The notes under the pieces were generated by a model, which made no database searches, was not told the origin of the DNA, and saw only the letters and a program-made list of their open reading frames with translations. Shown here in pieces: positions 25,523 to 35,836 of a DNA stretch of 64,000 nt. Numbering within the stretch: position 1 is the first letter of the stretch; the number at the start of each line of letters is the position of its first letter. A program made the translations under genes and the position numbers. The stretch spans positions 55,805 through 119,804 of the IMG/VR virus record IMGVR_UViG_3300034524_000090, one strand, 5' to 3'. This stretch comes from a virus.

Positions 25523-27188
25523 ATTGTTTTAACACCTCACAAATAAATTTACTAACTTTTTTCGATTTTTGTTCTTCCAATATCGCTGAAGAAATTTCGG
25601 TTTTCTGTTGTAAAACCTGATAAATATGTTCGTCTATAGTTTCATTTCCTATCATATACCAGATATTAACAGTTTCTTTTGAGCCAATACGGTGACATCT
25701 TGCTTCTGCTTGTTCGTGTAAAGCAGGTATCCACATTAATTCTAAAAATAAAACATTACTTGCGGCTGTAAAATTAAGACCAACCCCTGTTGCACCAATA
25801 CTTGCTATTAATAGCCTCTTATCTCTATTATTTTGAAATTCTTCAACTATCCTGTTTCGTTTTTTCATATTCGTATCGCCAGTTATAATTAATGCTTCTG
25901 GAAAATTTTCATGCAAGGTATATAAATTCTTTTTATAATGACCAAATACAACTAATTTCCCTTGCTCGTTTTCTAAAAAATTATTTATCCATTCAGTTGT
26001 CGCTTCTAATTTACCCCTTCCTGCTAACTGTTTTAAATAATTCAATTGCGTTAACGCTTCATTGTAGGTTATTTGCATAATTTTTCTCATATCATAACCT
26101 TGCTGTTTGAGCCATTGAATAAAATCTTTTTCAGCAAGATCGTATTCTTCCCTGTTTGATATATCGACAACTAATGATGTTCTAATTCTATTAGGCAAGT
26201 CTTTTAAAACCATATCTTTTGTGCGCCTGATCATAATAGTTGCCCGTAGTTTTTTATTAAGTTCTTTTAAATTACTTGCGCCGCTATAATCCCACCCCCA
26301 AGGCTTTTGTTTTGCATCACAATATCGTTTAACATAATATCTGAAATCATTAAATTCGTGTGGGGCTAGTAAGTGTACTATTGACCACAATTCTATTGGT
26401 TTATTTAAAATCGGCGTGCCAGTTAAGGCTAATATATGAGGAGTTTTTTTACCTAAAGATATTACACTTTTTGCCCGTTTAGTCCTTGTATTTTTTATAT
26501 AATGAGCTTCGTCCAAGATAATAACTTTTGGATTAATTTTTTTAAGTGTTTTTAGCCAGTAACTTATAATATCGTAATTGATAATTATTATCGGCTTATT
26601 TATATCAACTTTTTTTCGCCCCTCCAAAATAACATATTCATTATATTCCTCATCAGGTAAAACTTTTTGTATTTCTTTGGCCCAATTGTATTTTAAAAAA
26701 GCAGGACAAACGATTATAGCTGGTCTTAATTCAGGATGTAATTGTAACCATGCAAGTGATTGTGTTGTTTTCCCTACGCCTAGATCGTCTGTTAATAAAA
26801 CTCTACCCGAGCGTTCTTCAATTAAATACACGCCTGCTTGTTGAAACTTAAACAGCTCTCTTTTTAATACAGGTAATTCAATTTGTGCTTCTGTAATATT
26901 AGAGCTTTGATATAGAGTGTTATATCGTTCTTTAAGGTTTTCAATTTCTTTATAAAGATTTATATCAACAGCAAAATCGTTAATAAAATTACTTAGTAAC
27001 CTTATTGTGTCAAAATTTAATGGGGCCACCCAATTTTTAGTTTGTTTATTAAATTTACGCTTAGGCAGTTCTTTTACCAGTTCTAATAGGTGTTCATTGT
27101 ATTTGAAGCAAATAATTATATGTTTTTTATCGTCTGCTAGTTTTATACAGTTTTCTGGTTGTGATAAAGAAGGATTAAATAATTGCAC
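25506..27188 (-). CDS. SNF2-family helicase with HARP-like N-terminus
   Basis: DDLGVGKT, ILDEAH, LTGTP, GVGLNFTAA, QAEARCHRIG. Confidence 0.9.
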   Translation of the reverse strand: MQLFNPSLSQPENCIKLADDKKHIIICFKYNEHLLELVKELPKRKFNKQTKNWVAPLNFDTIRLLSNFINDFAVDINLYKEIENLKERYNTLYQSSNITEAQIELPVLKRELFKFQQAGVYLIEERSGRVLLTDDLGVGKTTQSLAWLQLHPELRPAIIVCPAFLKYNWAKEIQKVLPDEEYNEYVILEGRKKVDINKPIIIINYDIISYWLKTLKKINPKVIILDEAHYIKNTRTKRAKSVISLGKKTPHILALTGTPILNKPIELWSIVHLLAPHEFNDFRYYVKRYCDAKQKPWGWDYSGASNLKELNKKLRATIMIRRTKDMVLKDLPNRIRTSLVVDISNREEYDLAEKDFIQWLKQQGYDMRKIMQITYNEALTQLNYLKQLAGRGKLEATTEWINNFLENEQGKLVVFGHYKKNLYTLHENFPEALIITGDTNMKKRNRIVEEFQNNRDKRLLIASIGATGVGLNFTAASNVLFLELMWIPALHEQAEARCHRIGSKETVNIWYMIGNETIDEHIYQVLQQKTEISSAILEEQKSKKVSKFICEVLKQYVSTK

Positions 27189-27461
27189 TTAATCACCTTC
27201 TTTAAGCATCATATTCTCTATACTTTTTATGTCATCATAACGGGCCATTTCTACTACAATAAGTTGTTCTAAGAATCTATCTTTGGGATTAATCGCTTCT
27301 ACATACCATCTGCTTTTCTTTTTAGATATTTTAACTAAGTTAGGTTTATAGCCGTATTTTTGTAATATTTCATTTGCAATTTCGTTGATTCTTTGACGCC
27401 GATAAAATAACGGTATATAGGCTTTTTTAATCTCTTTAGGTATACGTCCCAAAGCTCGCAT
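27189..27461 (-). CDS. Hypothetical protein
   Basis: Co-oriented, tightly packed ORF. Confidence 0.6.
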   Translation of the reverse strand: MRALGRIPKEIKKAYIPLFYRRQRINEIANEILQKYGYKPNLVKISKKKSRWYVEAINPKDRFLEQLIVVEMARYDDIKSIENMMLKEGD

Positions 27462-27463
27462 AC

Positions 27464-28786
27464 TTATGCCTCCAAATATTTTGCAAAATGAAATTTACCA
27501 AAAAGCAATTCCTTTACTAACCTTTGCCATTCCATTTCAAATTCTCTGGTGCTATCAAGAGTTTTTGTGTGTTTATGCAGAGCTTCATGTAATAATGTCA
27601 TTGTTACGTTTTCTACGCTGGTAAAAATTTCTATTGTTAAATAAATCGTATCCTTGATCTTATCATAGAAACCATCAATATTGCCACAATCAATTTTATT
27701 TATATAGCATTGTTGAGTAAGTTTTACAGGCTCTACTGGCCCTACAATTTTCTCTACAATATTTTTAGCAATCCTAAACATTTCTTTTTGTTTTTCATCT
27801 AAACAACTAAATGGTATATCTACCTCATTAAATTTTTGTTCTATTATTTGTTGGCTATAGGGTACTCCTATACGTTCTAAAAATGCTTGAATTGCCCAAG
27901 GTAAATCCAATACCTGAAAACCTAAATATTCAGCAGTATTATCAGCTTTTGTATTATAACTTAAACATTTATTCTGGAATAATTTCATGACAATTGATTT
28001 CCATAGTTCCCGATTTTGGGGCCATATTGATACTCTACTTTCGACATAATCGCTAAATTTATTTCTCATTTCTAGTATTTTTTCTAGAAAATATGTTATT
28101 ACTTTTTTGCTTTGCGTTTCTTCTAAAGCGTTACGCATCATCTTTTCTAATTGTTGCATATCAACTACAGTCCGATCACGATTTTGAGCTTCTTTACCAA
28201 CTCCTTGAAAATTATAAGAGAATAATAAATTAGGCATCTCGGTTGCTAAAACACCATTAATAAAAACTTTTCCTCCAGGCAAACCGATAACAGGATCAAG
28301 TTGTTTTATTTTTTCTTTCCGTAATTCTTTAAAATACTGTTTAGCCTGTTCCACTTCTTCAGGAGTGCATTCAATTTCAAACCTAGTTCCAACTTCTCTA
28401 GAAATCGATCTAATATTAAATGCTAAAACTTCACAACCCAATGCCTTAGAAAAGATTATTTCTGGTCTAATACGATAACCTACAGTATCTATAATCATTT
28501 CCCTGCCTAATCTGGCTATAACCAGCATAGCCAATTTAAGTCCTTCGCCAAATTGTCCAATCAAATTATTATCGTCTCTTTTACTTGATTTGCCCAAAGC
28601 CAAATCTATAGTTGAAATACCAGGGCCATCATCTTCAATAATAAATTTATTTTTACCTCTATGAAAACGAATATTGCAATTGTATTTAGTTTTTGTGTCA
28701 AAGGCTTCTTGTAATATTTCTCGTAAAGCCTCTACTATTCCCCAATGAGGCACATATTCAGTAGAAATTGCAGTTTCAATACGCAT
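27464..28786 (-). CDS. GHKL (HATPase) ATPase with C-terminal HExxH motif
   Basis: EALREILQEAFD, IEDDGPG, GQFGEGLK, GTRF; LLHEALH near C-terminus. Confidence 0.75.
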   Translation of the reverse strand: MRIETAISTEYVPHWGIVEALREILQEAFDTKTKYNCNIRFHRGKNKFIIEDDGPGISTIDLALGKSSKRDDNNLIGQFGEGLKLAMLVIARLGREMIIDTVGYRIRPEIIFSKALGCEVLAFNIRSISREVGTRFEIECTPEEVEQAKQYFKELRKEKIKQLDPVIGLPGGKVFINGVLATEMPNLLFSYNFQGVGKEAQNRDRTVVDMQQLEKMMRNALEETQSKKVITYFLEKILEMRNKFSDYVESRVSIWPQNRELWKSIVMKLFQNKCLSYNTKADNTAEYLGFQVLDLPWAIQAFLERIGVPYSQQIIEQKFNEVDIPFSCLDEKQKEMFRIAKNIVEKIVGPVEPVKLTQQCYINKIDCGNIDGFYDKIKDTIYLTIEIFTSVENVTMTLLHEALHKHTKTLDSTREFEMEWQRLVKELLFGKFHFAKYLEA

Positions 28787-28810
28787 TGTTGTATTTCCCC
28801 TCCTTAATAA

Positions 28811-28993
28811 TTATTCTTCCACTTCTTGATTAGATATTTCCCTGAATAATTGGCCGCACTTAGGACATTTAAACCAAGTACCCTTATATTCTAAGTCACC
28901 TTCATAATCACAAAAAGGACAATAAACAGGAGCTAAAGAAGAATAATCTTGATAGTTAAAGTTATCTGTAGTAGAATAATTAATTTCCAACAT
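28811..28993 (-). CDS. Small Zn-ribbon protein
   Basis: CPFC..CPKC. Confidence 0.55.
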   Translation of the reverse strand: MLEINYSTTDNFNYQDYSSLAPVYCPFCDYEGDLEYKGTWFKCPKCGQLFREISNQEVEE

Positions 28994-29228
28994 AATAATA
29001 ACCTCCTTTGTCTTCCCAGTATTTATCTATTAGTTTTTTTATTTTTTGGATTGCCTCCTCTTTTGTATCTGCCCAATCTACTCCAAGAGTAGTATCGTCT
29101 TTATATGCCTCCCCTTCCCATTTACCAAGAAAAGGAGTGAATTTGCCCATTACAGGAGCTACCCAAAATTTAAATCCTTTATACTGATGATTTTCGCCCA
29201 TAAAAAACTCTAAACATTTGCAAGGCAT
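28980..29228 (-). CDS. Hypothetical protein
   Basis: GGGGAG RBS; co-oriented. Confidence 0.6.
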   Translation of the reverse strand: MPCKCLEFFMGENHQYKGFKFWVAPVMGKFTPFLGKWEGEAYKDDTTLGVDWADTKEEAIQKIKKLIDKYWEDKGGYYYVGN

Positions 29229-29244
29229 TATTTACTCTCCCCTT

Positions 29245-29637
29245 CTATATATCCATTTGACAGATAAATTGTGTACCACAACGACATTCATAAGTAAAAA
29301 CAAATGCGCCCTTATCTTTATTTTCTTTGGCAATATCATAATCTACAACATGCATATCTTTTGTTTCCCCACAAGCAGGACATTTTCTTTCAAAGTAAAT
29401 ATTGTTTTTATCAGTTAGTTTTTCTCTTTTCTTGGTCTTTTGTTTGGCTTTATCTTTTTTCATATCGGCTTTTGTTTTTCTGTCCTCATAACATTCTTTA
29501 CATAATTTTACACTTGTACCAACTAAATAATATTCCTGCCCAACCTTTAATAAAGTTCCACACTGCCTGCATTTAACACTCTTTTGTCTGACAGTCTGTA
29601 TTGTAGCATTATTATAATCCAAAACGGTTCTAGCCAT
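29245..29637 (-). CDS. Multi-CxxC Zn-finger protein
   Basis: CRQC, CKEC, CPAC, CRC; AGGAGG RBS; own promoter. Confidence 0.75.
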   Translation of the reverse strand: MARTVLDYNNATIQTVRQKSVKCRQCGTLLKVGQEYYLVGTSVKLCKECYEDRKTKADMKKDKAKQKTKKREKLTDKNNIYFERKCPACGETKDMHVVDYDIAKENKDKGAFVFTYECRCGTQFICQMDI

Positions 29638-29677
29638 AGGCTAGCCTCCTTTTTGGTTGTTTAATTATTGTACCCCT

Positions 29678-29706
29678 ATTATAATTCATAAAATCTTTAT
29701 TGTCAA
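29678..29706 (-). promoter_or_regulatory. Perfect-consensus sigmaA promoter
   Basis: TTGACA-17 nt-TATAAT on minus strand, just downstream of a terminator hairpin at ~29726-29756. Confidence 0.85.
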
Positions 29707-29778
29707 TTTTTCTTTATAGAAAATTAAAAGGGAAAGGGGCTACCCCTTTTCCTTTATTATTTCAATAACAAGCCGAAT

Positions 29779-30312
29779 TTATTCTTTTATTTCAATCAAG
29801 TAAGGCCAATTACGTTCCAATGTGCCACCATTTCCGTATCCCTTATATGCTTTACTGACAGCCTCAATAACTTTTTCCCATTCTTGATCATTAATGTCTA
29901 CTATCGTATAAAGTTGCATTGTGCCTCCAAAAACGTCTCGAAATATGCGGGCATTTCTTGTAACAGGACTATATTTACAAGCTATTTGGTCAATAAGTTT
30001 TAAAATATCGTCAAGCTCATTATCATCTTCAATTTTTAATGCTAAACGGTTAATTAAATCAGAAATCAATTCTGAAGGATAACAAAAAGGCGGTTCCCAA
30101 TCTCCATATTGGCTTTCGCTTCTAGGTAAATAGAAATAAATTGGTATTTCTTTGTTGTTCAGTCTTGCAACACAATTGGGTTCTATAATATCTTCCAAAT
30201 TCGTCATATAACTTTTTACTTCTTCTTCTAAAATATTCAATTGGGCTTGACTAAGGGCCATTTGTAATCCTCCTTTACGCTTCTCCAAATATTTTTTTAC
30301 GTCCTTCTTCAA
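29779..30312 (-). CDS. Hypothetical protein (probable start MALSQ after AAGGAGG)
   Basis: Co-oriented ORF with internal strong RBS. Confidence 0.65.
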   Translation of the reverse strand: MKKDVKKYLEKRKGGLQMALSQAQLNILEEEVKSYMTNLEDIIEPNCVARLNNKEIPIYFYLPRSESQYGDWEPPFCYPSELISDLINRLALKIEDDNELDDILKLIDQIACKYSPVTRNARIFRDVFGGTMQLYTIVDINDQEWEKVIEAVSKAYKGYGNGGTLERNWPYLIEIKE

Positions 30313-30766
30313 TTACCTTATCAATTTCTTCTACATTTTGTTTCCCAAAAAGAAAAGCAACCAAAAACTTTCTTGCTGGCGGTATTACATTTTCTATAAA
30401 CCATTTTCTTATCCTGCCAGGATTTGGCTTTTCTTTTATATCAACCAACATTTTAGAAATTGGCAACGCAATAATGGATTTAATACCAATTAAGGGGTCA
30501 AAATAAGCCTGCTTAAAGGCTTCATCATAAACTTCTGACTTAAATTTTTCAAACTCAAATTCTCTGGCGGCCATAATTTTGCTGGCTTTTTCTAGTTCTT
30601 TTTCTTCATAATTTAACACATCATTCATGCCACCACAGTCTTCATATATATAGAATAAAATTTCGTCTATTTCTTTATCCAGTTTATTGCCATCGTCATC
30701 ATATATCTCAGCTCTAATTATTTTATTATTATCAGTTTCAATAATAATTGAATATCTTTCGCTCAT
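30275..30766 (-). CDS. Hypothetical protein
   Basis: AGGAGG RBS. Confidence 0.7.
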   Translation of the reverse strand: MSERYSIIIETDNNKIIRAEIYDDDGNKLDKEIDEILFYIYEDCGGMNDVLNYEEKELEKASKIMAAREFEFEKFKSEVYDEAFKQAYFDPLIGIKSIIALPISKMLVDIKEKPNPGRIRKWFIENVIPPARKFLVAFLFGKQNVEEIDKVIEEGRKKIFGEA

Positions 30767-30790
30767 TTATTTAACCTCCTACTAAAATAG

Positions 30791-31186
30791 TCAGATATTA
30801 TTTTTGTTAATAAGATTGTGCTGTTTGGCAACTTTAATTGCTTCTTCATAGGCTTCATCGAAGCTATTATAACCCAATTTTTCTTCTGTTTCAAATGCCC
30901 TTTTGTTGTCAAAAAATATAAAGCAAAAACCCCAACTGTTTTTAATATAATTATAAATTACCTTAAGAATACACTGCGAAATATTATCTTGCGATAGAAT
31001 TTCTTCTATAGCTACATAGTTAGAAGGCTCTATATTCATAATTTCAACATCTTTTGTGCATATATTACACCAAACATTTTTGCCAATAAATGGCAGATCA
31101 GCTCCTGGGTCTAAAGGCTGGTCATACCAAGAACTAATATGACCACAAGATAAAATTATATTAGGGGAACCTTGTCGTTTAAACAT
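30791..31186 (-). CDS. Hypothetical Zn-binding protein, paralog of 35020-35355
   Basis: LSCGH..W.DQP....DLPF.G....WCN.C shared with 35020-35355. Confidence 0.7.
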   Translation of the reverse strand: MFKRQGSPNIILSCGHISSWYDQPLDPGADLPFIGKNVWCNICTKDVEIMNIEPSNYVAIEEILSQDNISQCILKVIYNYIKNSWGFCFIFFDNKRAFETEEKLGYNSFDEAYEEAIKVAKQHNLINKNNI

Positions 31187-31392
31187 AATTTAAACCTTCT
31201 TTAATATTATTTTAACTAAACACGCTCCTAAATTAAAGCCCCCCAAATACACTTTCTGTTCTAGATATTATCAAAAACGTCTAAAAGATAGAAAAACATT
31301 AACAGAAATATAGTCCAAAATGTTAACCATTTAAACCCATAAAAGTCAATAAACAAATATTTCAATAAAACCAAACTAATAGACCTCCCTCC

Positions 31393-31647
31393 CTACCCCA
31401 CTTTTTTCCTTTGTGCAACATAAGAGGCCAGCTTAATACTGGCCTCCCAATCTCCCTTAGTATTACCTGCTATATAGTTATATGTTGCAAAAATATCAAA
31501 CGGTTTATAGCCCAAAGGTACTAACATTGCTTTTAGTTCTATATATTCCCTTGATTTCTTCACTCGTCTTTCTCGTAACATTTTTAAACAATTTTGTATC
31601 CGCAAAACCAAATTAGGATCAGGATTTTGCCGTTTCATGTTATACAC
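31393..31647 (-). CDS. Hypothetical protein
   Basis: Co-oriented ORF, GGGAG RBS. Confidence 0.6.
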   Translation of the reverse strand: MYNMKRQNPDPNLVLRIQNCLKMLRERRVKKSREYIELKAMLVPLGYKPFDIFATYNYIAGNTKGDWEASIKLASYVAQRKKVG

Positions 31648-31789
31648 TCCCTTTTTCGTTTAATTATTCTGTTGTTGTTTTTATAATTCAATATATAGCC
31701 CCATATCAGCTTCTTCTCGTAAACATTCTTCACAGCCTGTACACCAAGGATCATTACATATTGGGCATGGATGTACGTCATATCTTGCA

Positions 31790-32050
31790 TCAATATTTCT
31801 CATAAATAAACCTCCTTAGATTTTTTAAGGCTTCTTCGGCCTCTCTTTTATGTTCATAAAAGTTTTCTGTATAATCCACTATTAAACCATTTTCTTCTGG
31901 AGTTTCTCCTACTATTGTATAACCTTTTTTGAAATTTACTGCTTCTTTAGTATCAACAATAGCTTCTTGAGCTTCTTGAAGAGTATCAAATATATCAATA
32001 TAATTCCCATTTTTGTCAATTGTAGCCCAACAAGTTTGAATAGTAATCAT
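31790..32050 (-). CDS. Hypothetical protein
   Basis: AAGGAG RBS. Confidence 0.65.
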   Translation of the reverse strand: MITIQTCWATIDKNGNYIDIFDTLQEAQEAIVDTKEAVNFKKGYTIVGETPEENGLIVDYTENFYEHKREAEEALKNLRRFIYEKY

Positions 32051-32074
32051 TTTTCTCTCTCCTTTATTTTTTAA

Positions 32075-32443
32075 TTAAAGTTCATATAAACTTAAGCTCC
32101 AAGCATAACCTAGCTCATAAAAATATCCATAACTCTCTAGTAATCTATAAAATTCTTGTAATAACTTAGGACACTTACCATAATTTATGACTTCATAAAA
32201 CGGCCCTTCAAAAGTCATAGTGATTGTTTTATCATTGGCGTATTTAGTATAGTCACTTCCTTTGTATCCTTCTTCCAATACCCATTTACCTTCTGTAAAT
32301 GTAGACAATCTTTGATTGTTAAAATAAATAGTTACGTCTTCTTGACAATTATATTCAGTTAAAAGATCCGCAATAGCAAAAGCCAATTCTTCAAGATTAG
32401 TTTGCATTTGTGTTTTTCCTCCAATCAAATGATTTACAGGCAA
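32075..32443 (-). CDS. Hypothetical phage protein (probable start MQTNL after GGAGG)
   Basis: MTFEGPFYEVINY..YELGYAWSLSLY. Confidence 0.65.
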   Translation of the reverse strand: MPVNHLIGGKTQMQTNLEELAFAIADLLTEYNCQEDVTIYFNNQRLSTFTEGKWVLEEGYKGSDYTKYANDKTITMTFEGPFYEVINYGKCPKLLQEFYRLLESYGYFYELGYAWSLSLYEL

Positions 32444-32579
32444 GTTGATGAGGTTCGGAATTATGACCTAATTTACAAAATCCACCTTGTTCTATTATAT
32501 CTTGAAAAGTCATATTACCTTCACATAGAAGACAATAAAAACCAATTTTAAAAAATTTGCAATCAATACATCGCTTCAT
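32397..32579 (-). CDS. Small Cys-rich protein
   Basis: CIDC..CLLC..FC..AC; AGGAGG RBS. Confidence 0.6.
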   Translation of the reverse strand: MKRCIDCKFFKIGFYCLLCEGNMTFQDIIEQGGFCKLGHNSEPHQLACKSFDWRKNTNAN

Positions 32580-32792
32580 TAATAATTACCCTCCTTTATT
32601 ATAATTAAATCATTATACTTCCTTCTTCTTCGTAACCACAACTAGGACAAATGTAATAACCATATACATACATTTCATCGCCATAACCTACTTCTTTATC
32701 TTCCACTAAAAACCAAAGTTCACTACCACATTCATCACATTTCTCAAGGGTTTTAAATCGTTCGGCTACCATATTTTAACCTCCCTTTGTTT

Positions 32793-33002
32793 TTATAGTC
32801 TATAATAATCATAACTATCATCAGGAAGGGGTAAAATTCCACAAGAACTCAATTCTTCAAGTCCTAATTTAATTATTTTTTTATCAGCTATACTTATTTT
32901 TTCTGTGCTTCCACTTTCTATTTTATCCCATAATTCGCTTGGAACATTAATTCTTGTACGGATTTCGTACTCGGGTCGCTCAATAACAAATACTAGCTCC
33001 AT
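32793..33002 (-). CDS. Hypothetical protein
   Basis: GGAGG RBS. Confidence 0.6.
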   Translation of the reverse strand: MELVFVIERPEYEIRTRINVPSELWDKIESGSTEKISIADKKIIKLGLEELSSCGILPLPDDSYDYYRL

Positions 33003-33021
33003 TGTTTTACTTACCTCCTAT

Positions 33022-33207
33022 TTATTCTGCGGTTATTAAATTTTCCCATAAATTTTGTATATCAACTAACATAGAATAAAGTTCTTCAGCCCCATATTCT
33101 CCTTCTTCGTACTTAGTAAGAACCCTACACAATCTATCATAGATTATTTTTAAAGCTAAATTCTTTTCCATTTTGTAAAGAAGTTCTTTCTCGTAATTAT
33201 CAAACAT
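33022..33207 (-). CDS. Hypothetical protein
   Basis: GGGAG RBS. Confidence 0.6.
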   Translation of the reverse strand: MFDNYEKELLYKMEKNLALKIIYDRLCRVLTKYEEGEYGAEELYSMLVDIQNLWENLITAE

Positions 33208-33241
33208 AGTTCTGCTCCCTACCTTCAGTTCTAATCTAATT

Positions 33242-33976
33242 TTATATTCTCAAACCAGAATAAAAAGGTGGAAACTCCCTTAGCCATTCTGCGGCCTGTT
33301 TTTCTTCTTCAGTCCAAACATCTTTATTAAATACATCTTCAGTTCCTTCTACTCTTTTAGGGTAAACATAATACCCAAAATCAAAAACATTTCGGGCCAC
33401 CATCCTGACAACATTGCCAGTAATATTTGATTTTATTTCTAAATCTGCGTAACCATCAACATCATCTTCACCGCCTCTAGGATTAATTAATTTATGTGTG
33501 TATACCACACTAAAACGGTTGTTTCTTTCAAGTTTAGTAAGTTTTTCTTTATTCTCTTCTTCCTCTGCTTCTTTTAAAAGCGTTTCCAATTTTTCAAGCC
33601 AATCAGTTAAAAATACTATTATTTTTTCTTGATAATAAGGTTTAACAGTAAACTTATAATAATATTTTCCAGTTAATTCTCGATTACGCCATTCACCCCA
33701 TTCAACATCCTCTTCACAAATTTCTTCAGCTATTTCCCATATATTATCCAAACCAGTCATTTTTCTTAACTCAAAAACTAAAGCCCTATAAACATCAATA
33801 CTATCTAAGCTTGGGCTAATATTAAAAAAGTGATTTTCTAATGTGCCAGCATTAAAAATAAACGGTTGATCTAAGTTTTGTATTATCTTTCTAACACATT
33901 TTATATCGTCCTGAATTTGAAACATGAAATCATAGATAATTTTTTGTTCTCCCAAAAAGACTTCTTTGGCTTTCAT
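33242..33976 (-). CDS. Hypothetical acidic protein
   Basis: AGGAGG RBS. Confidence 0.7.
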   Translation of the reverse strand: MKAKEVFLGEQKIIYDFMFQIQDDIKCVRKIIQNLDQPFIFNAGTLENHFFNISPSLDSIDVYRALVFELRKMTGLDNIWEIAEEICEEDVEWGEWRNRELTGKYYYKFTVKPYYQEKIIVFLTDWLEKLETLLKEAEEEENKEKLTKLERNNRFSVVYTHKLINPRGGEDDVDGYADLEIKSNITGNVVRMVARNVFDFGYYVYPKRVEGTEDVFNKDVWTEEEKQAAEWLREFPPFYSGLRI

Positions 33977-34121
33977 CTTTATTAAACCTCCTTTTCTTGT
34001 TATTTATATACTTCTATACCTCCCGTATAAGGAAGAATAGGTCGCCAAGAGTTTACCTCTTTTTCTCCCGACGCCTTTCCCCCGCACGGGTAAGAAAGAT
34101 TTAAGATTAGGTAGAATTAGG

Positions 34122-34418
34122 TTACAAGCCCGTTTTATTCCTCCCTCTATTACAAATGTGTTCAAGGTCGTCAAAGTCTACTCGCCTGCAAATGTTCTTG
34201 AGGTTATCAAAGTCTAGACGCCCAAAAGCGGCTAGCGGTCTGATATACCACCCCGCATATTTCCTTCCTCCTCCTAGTAAGAAAGACAAGACCCTTTTAC
34301 GAGTTATAAAAATTTCATCAGGTAAAAGATAAACCTCCCCATCTTGTTTAAGTATCTCTAGCCCTTCTTCGAGTTTGGCAACTTTTTGAAACTCTTCATT
34401 CTCCCAAAAGTTCTTCAT
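34122..34418 (-). CDS. Hypothetical protein
   Basis: AGGAGG RBS; hairpin downstream. Confidence 0.65.
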   Translation of the reverse strand: MKNFWENEEFQKVAKLEEGLEILKQDGEVYLLPDEIFITRKRVLSFLLGGGRKYAGWYIRPLAAFGRLDFDNLKNICRRVDFDDLEHICNRGRNKTGL

Positions 34419-34693
34419 GCAATATCCCTCCTTATTTAATCATGTTTTTGGAAATTTTTGCCAAGATTAAGGCTCTCGGCGGATCGTATAGCGGTTATTT
34501 CTGTAAGTAATCAAAATACCTTCCAAACGTTGCAAGAAGATTACCTTCTTTGTCTTTAACTCTAACACATTTTTCGCCATGAGTTGCTAATCCTGTAGAT
34601 GTGAAAAACTCTACAACTTTATTACTTCTAATGCGTTTTTTGATAGATATTCTTTATGTTGGTTTATAGCCATAATTATTACCTCCTTTTTTT

Positions 34694-35023
34694 CTATTCT
34701 TCTTCTATACCTGTTAACTCCCTAGCAACTTTTTCGGCCATATACCAAACTAAAAGGTTTTCATGTTGAGTACAATTACCAACATCGGCTCCATTAAAAG
34801 TGGCTATAAACTCATATACATTTTTATATCCATATTCTTCCGCTTCATCAATCAGACTTTCCCAAATTTCATCCTTAAATTTTTCGTATAGTTTAGTGGT
34901 ATCACTGTAATAGGTTAAACCAGGAAAGCCTCCCTGTACCCCATATTCGGCTAAATCTCTAAGTGTTTGTTTATCAAAATTGGCCTTCATCCAATCCCGA
35001 AAAGTTTTGGCCCGAATAATCAT
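34694..35023 (-). CDS. Acidic phage protein (G..GG..LTYYSDT motif), possible DNA mimic
   Basis: YGVQGGFPGLTYYSDTTKLYEKFKDEIW; D/E-rich. Confidence 0.65.
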   Translation of the reverse strand: MIIRAKTFRDWMKANFDKQTLRDLAEYGVQGGFPGLTYYSDTTKLYEKFKDEIWESLIDEAEEYGYKNVYEFIATFNGADVGNCTQHENLLVWYMAEKVARELTGIEEE

Positions 35024-35355
35024 TTTAAACCCCTCCTTAATAAAATATCTTCGATTTCCTCTACAGACTCAAAACCGCTTTCCCAATTATTTTCGTCTAT
35101 TATATCTTCTATCATTATTTGATACCCCCAAATACCATTCTGAAAATCATAAAAAACCATAGCGGCTTCTTTTTCATTAAGCGTTATAATATCAACAACA
35201 AAGCGTTCAGGAAAAATATCTACTATATTACGGTCAGTATTACAAACATTGCACCAAGCATTTCGGCCAACAAATGGTAAATCACTTCCAGACCATCTAG
35301 GTTGATCATGCCACACAATCTCATGTCCACAATCAAGAGTAATATTAATTTTCAT
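35020..35355 (-). CDS. Hypothetical Zn-binding protein, paralog of 30791-31186
   Basis: LDCGH..WHDQP..DLPFVG..WCNVC. Confidence 0.7.
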   Translation of the reverse strand: MKINITLDCGHEIVWHDQPRWSGSDLPFVGRNAWCNVCNTDRNIVDIFPERFVVDIITLNEKEAAMVFYDFQNGIWGYQIMIEDIIDENNWESGFESVEEIEDILLRRGLK

Positions 35356-35443
35356 CGTTAAAACCTCCCTTTATTTTGTTTTGATAAATATAAAACCTTC
35401 CTCTTTTATTTGTGTTAAACAAAGTTATAATGTCACCATCTTT

Positions 35444-35836
35444 CTAGTCTATCTTTTTTGATTGTTGTTTTAATTTTATCTCCCAATTCCTTAAATATTC
35501 AGGATCAAGTTGCCAGTTGTCTAATTTTTCAAAGAAAGATTTCTGTCCCTCTTGCGTAGACAAGTCTACTGTTCCAAAACTAGTAGAATACTCCAGGTTT
35601 TCAACTGCATGTTTTATTGTTATACCTTGTGCAACTTTCCATAATAAAGGTTCTATATCACTCTTATATATGGCTGATATAATCCCTCTCAGCCATTCTA
35701 TATCATCATAATCGGTTGTAATAAGCACTTGACCTTTATTTTGAGGGTATTTAATAAGAACAGCATAACTCATAACTAATACCTCCTTTTTGTAGGTTAT
35801 TCCTAAAATTTTCCACCGCCAAAAACTATTCTTCAT
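35444..35836 (-). CDS. Hypothetical protein (probable start MSYAV after AGGAGG)
   Basis: Internal strong RBS. Confidence 0.6.
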   Translation of the reverse strand: MKNSFWRWKILGITYKKEVLVMSYAVLIKYPQNKGQVLITTDYDDIEWLRGIISAIYKSDIEPLLWKVAQGITIKHAVENLEYSTSFGTVDLSTQEGQKSFFEKLDNWQLDPEYLRNWEIKLKQQSKKID

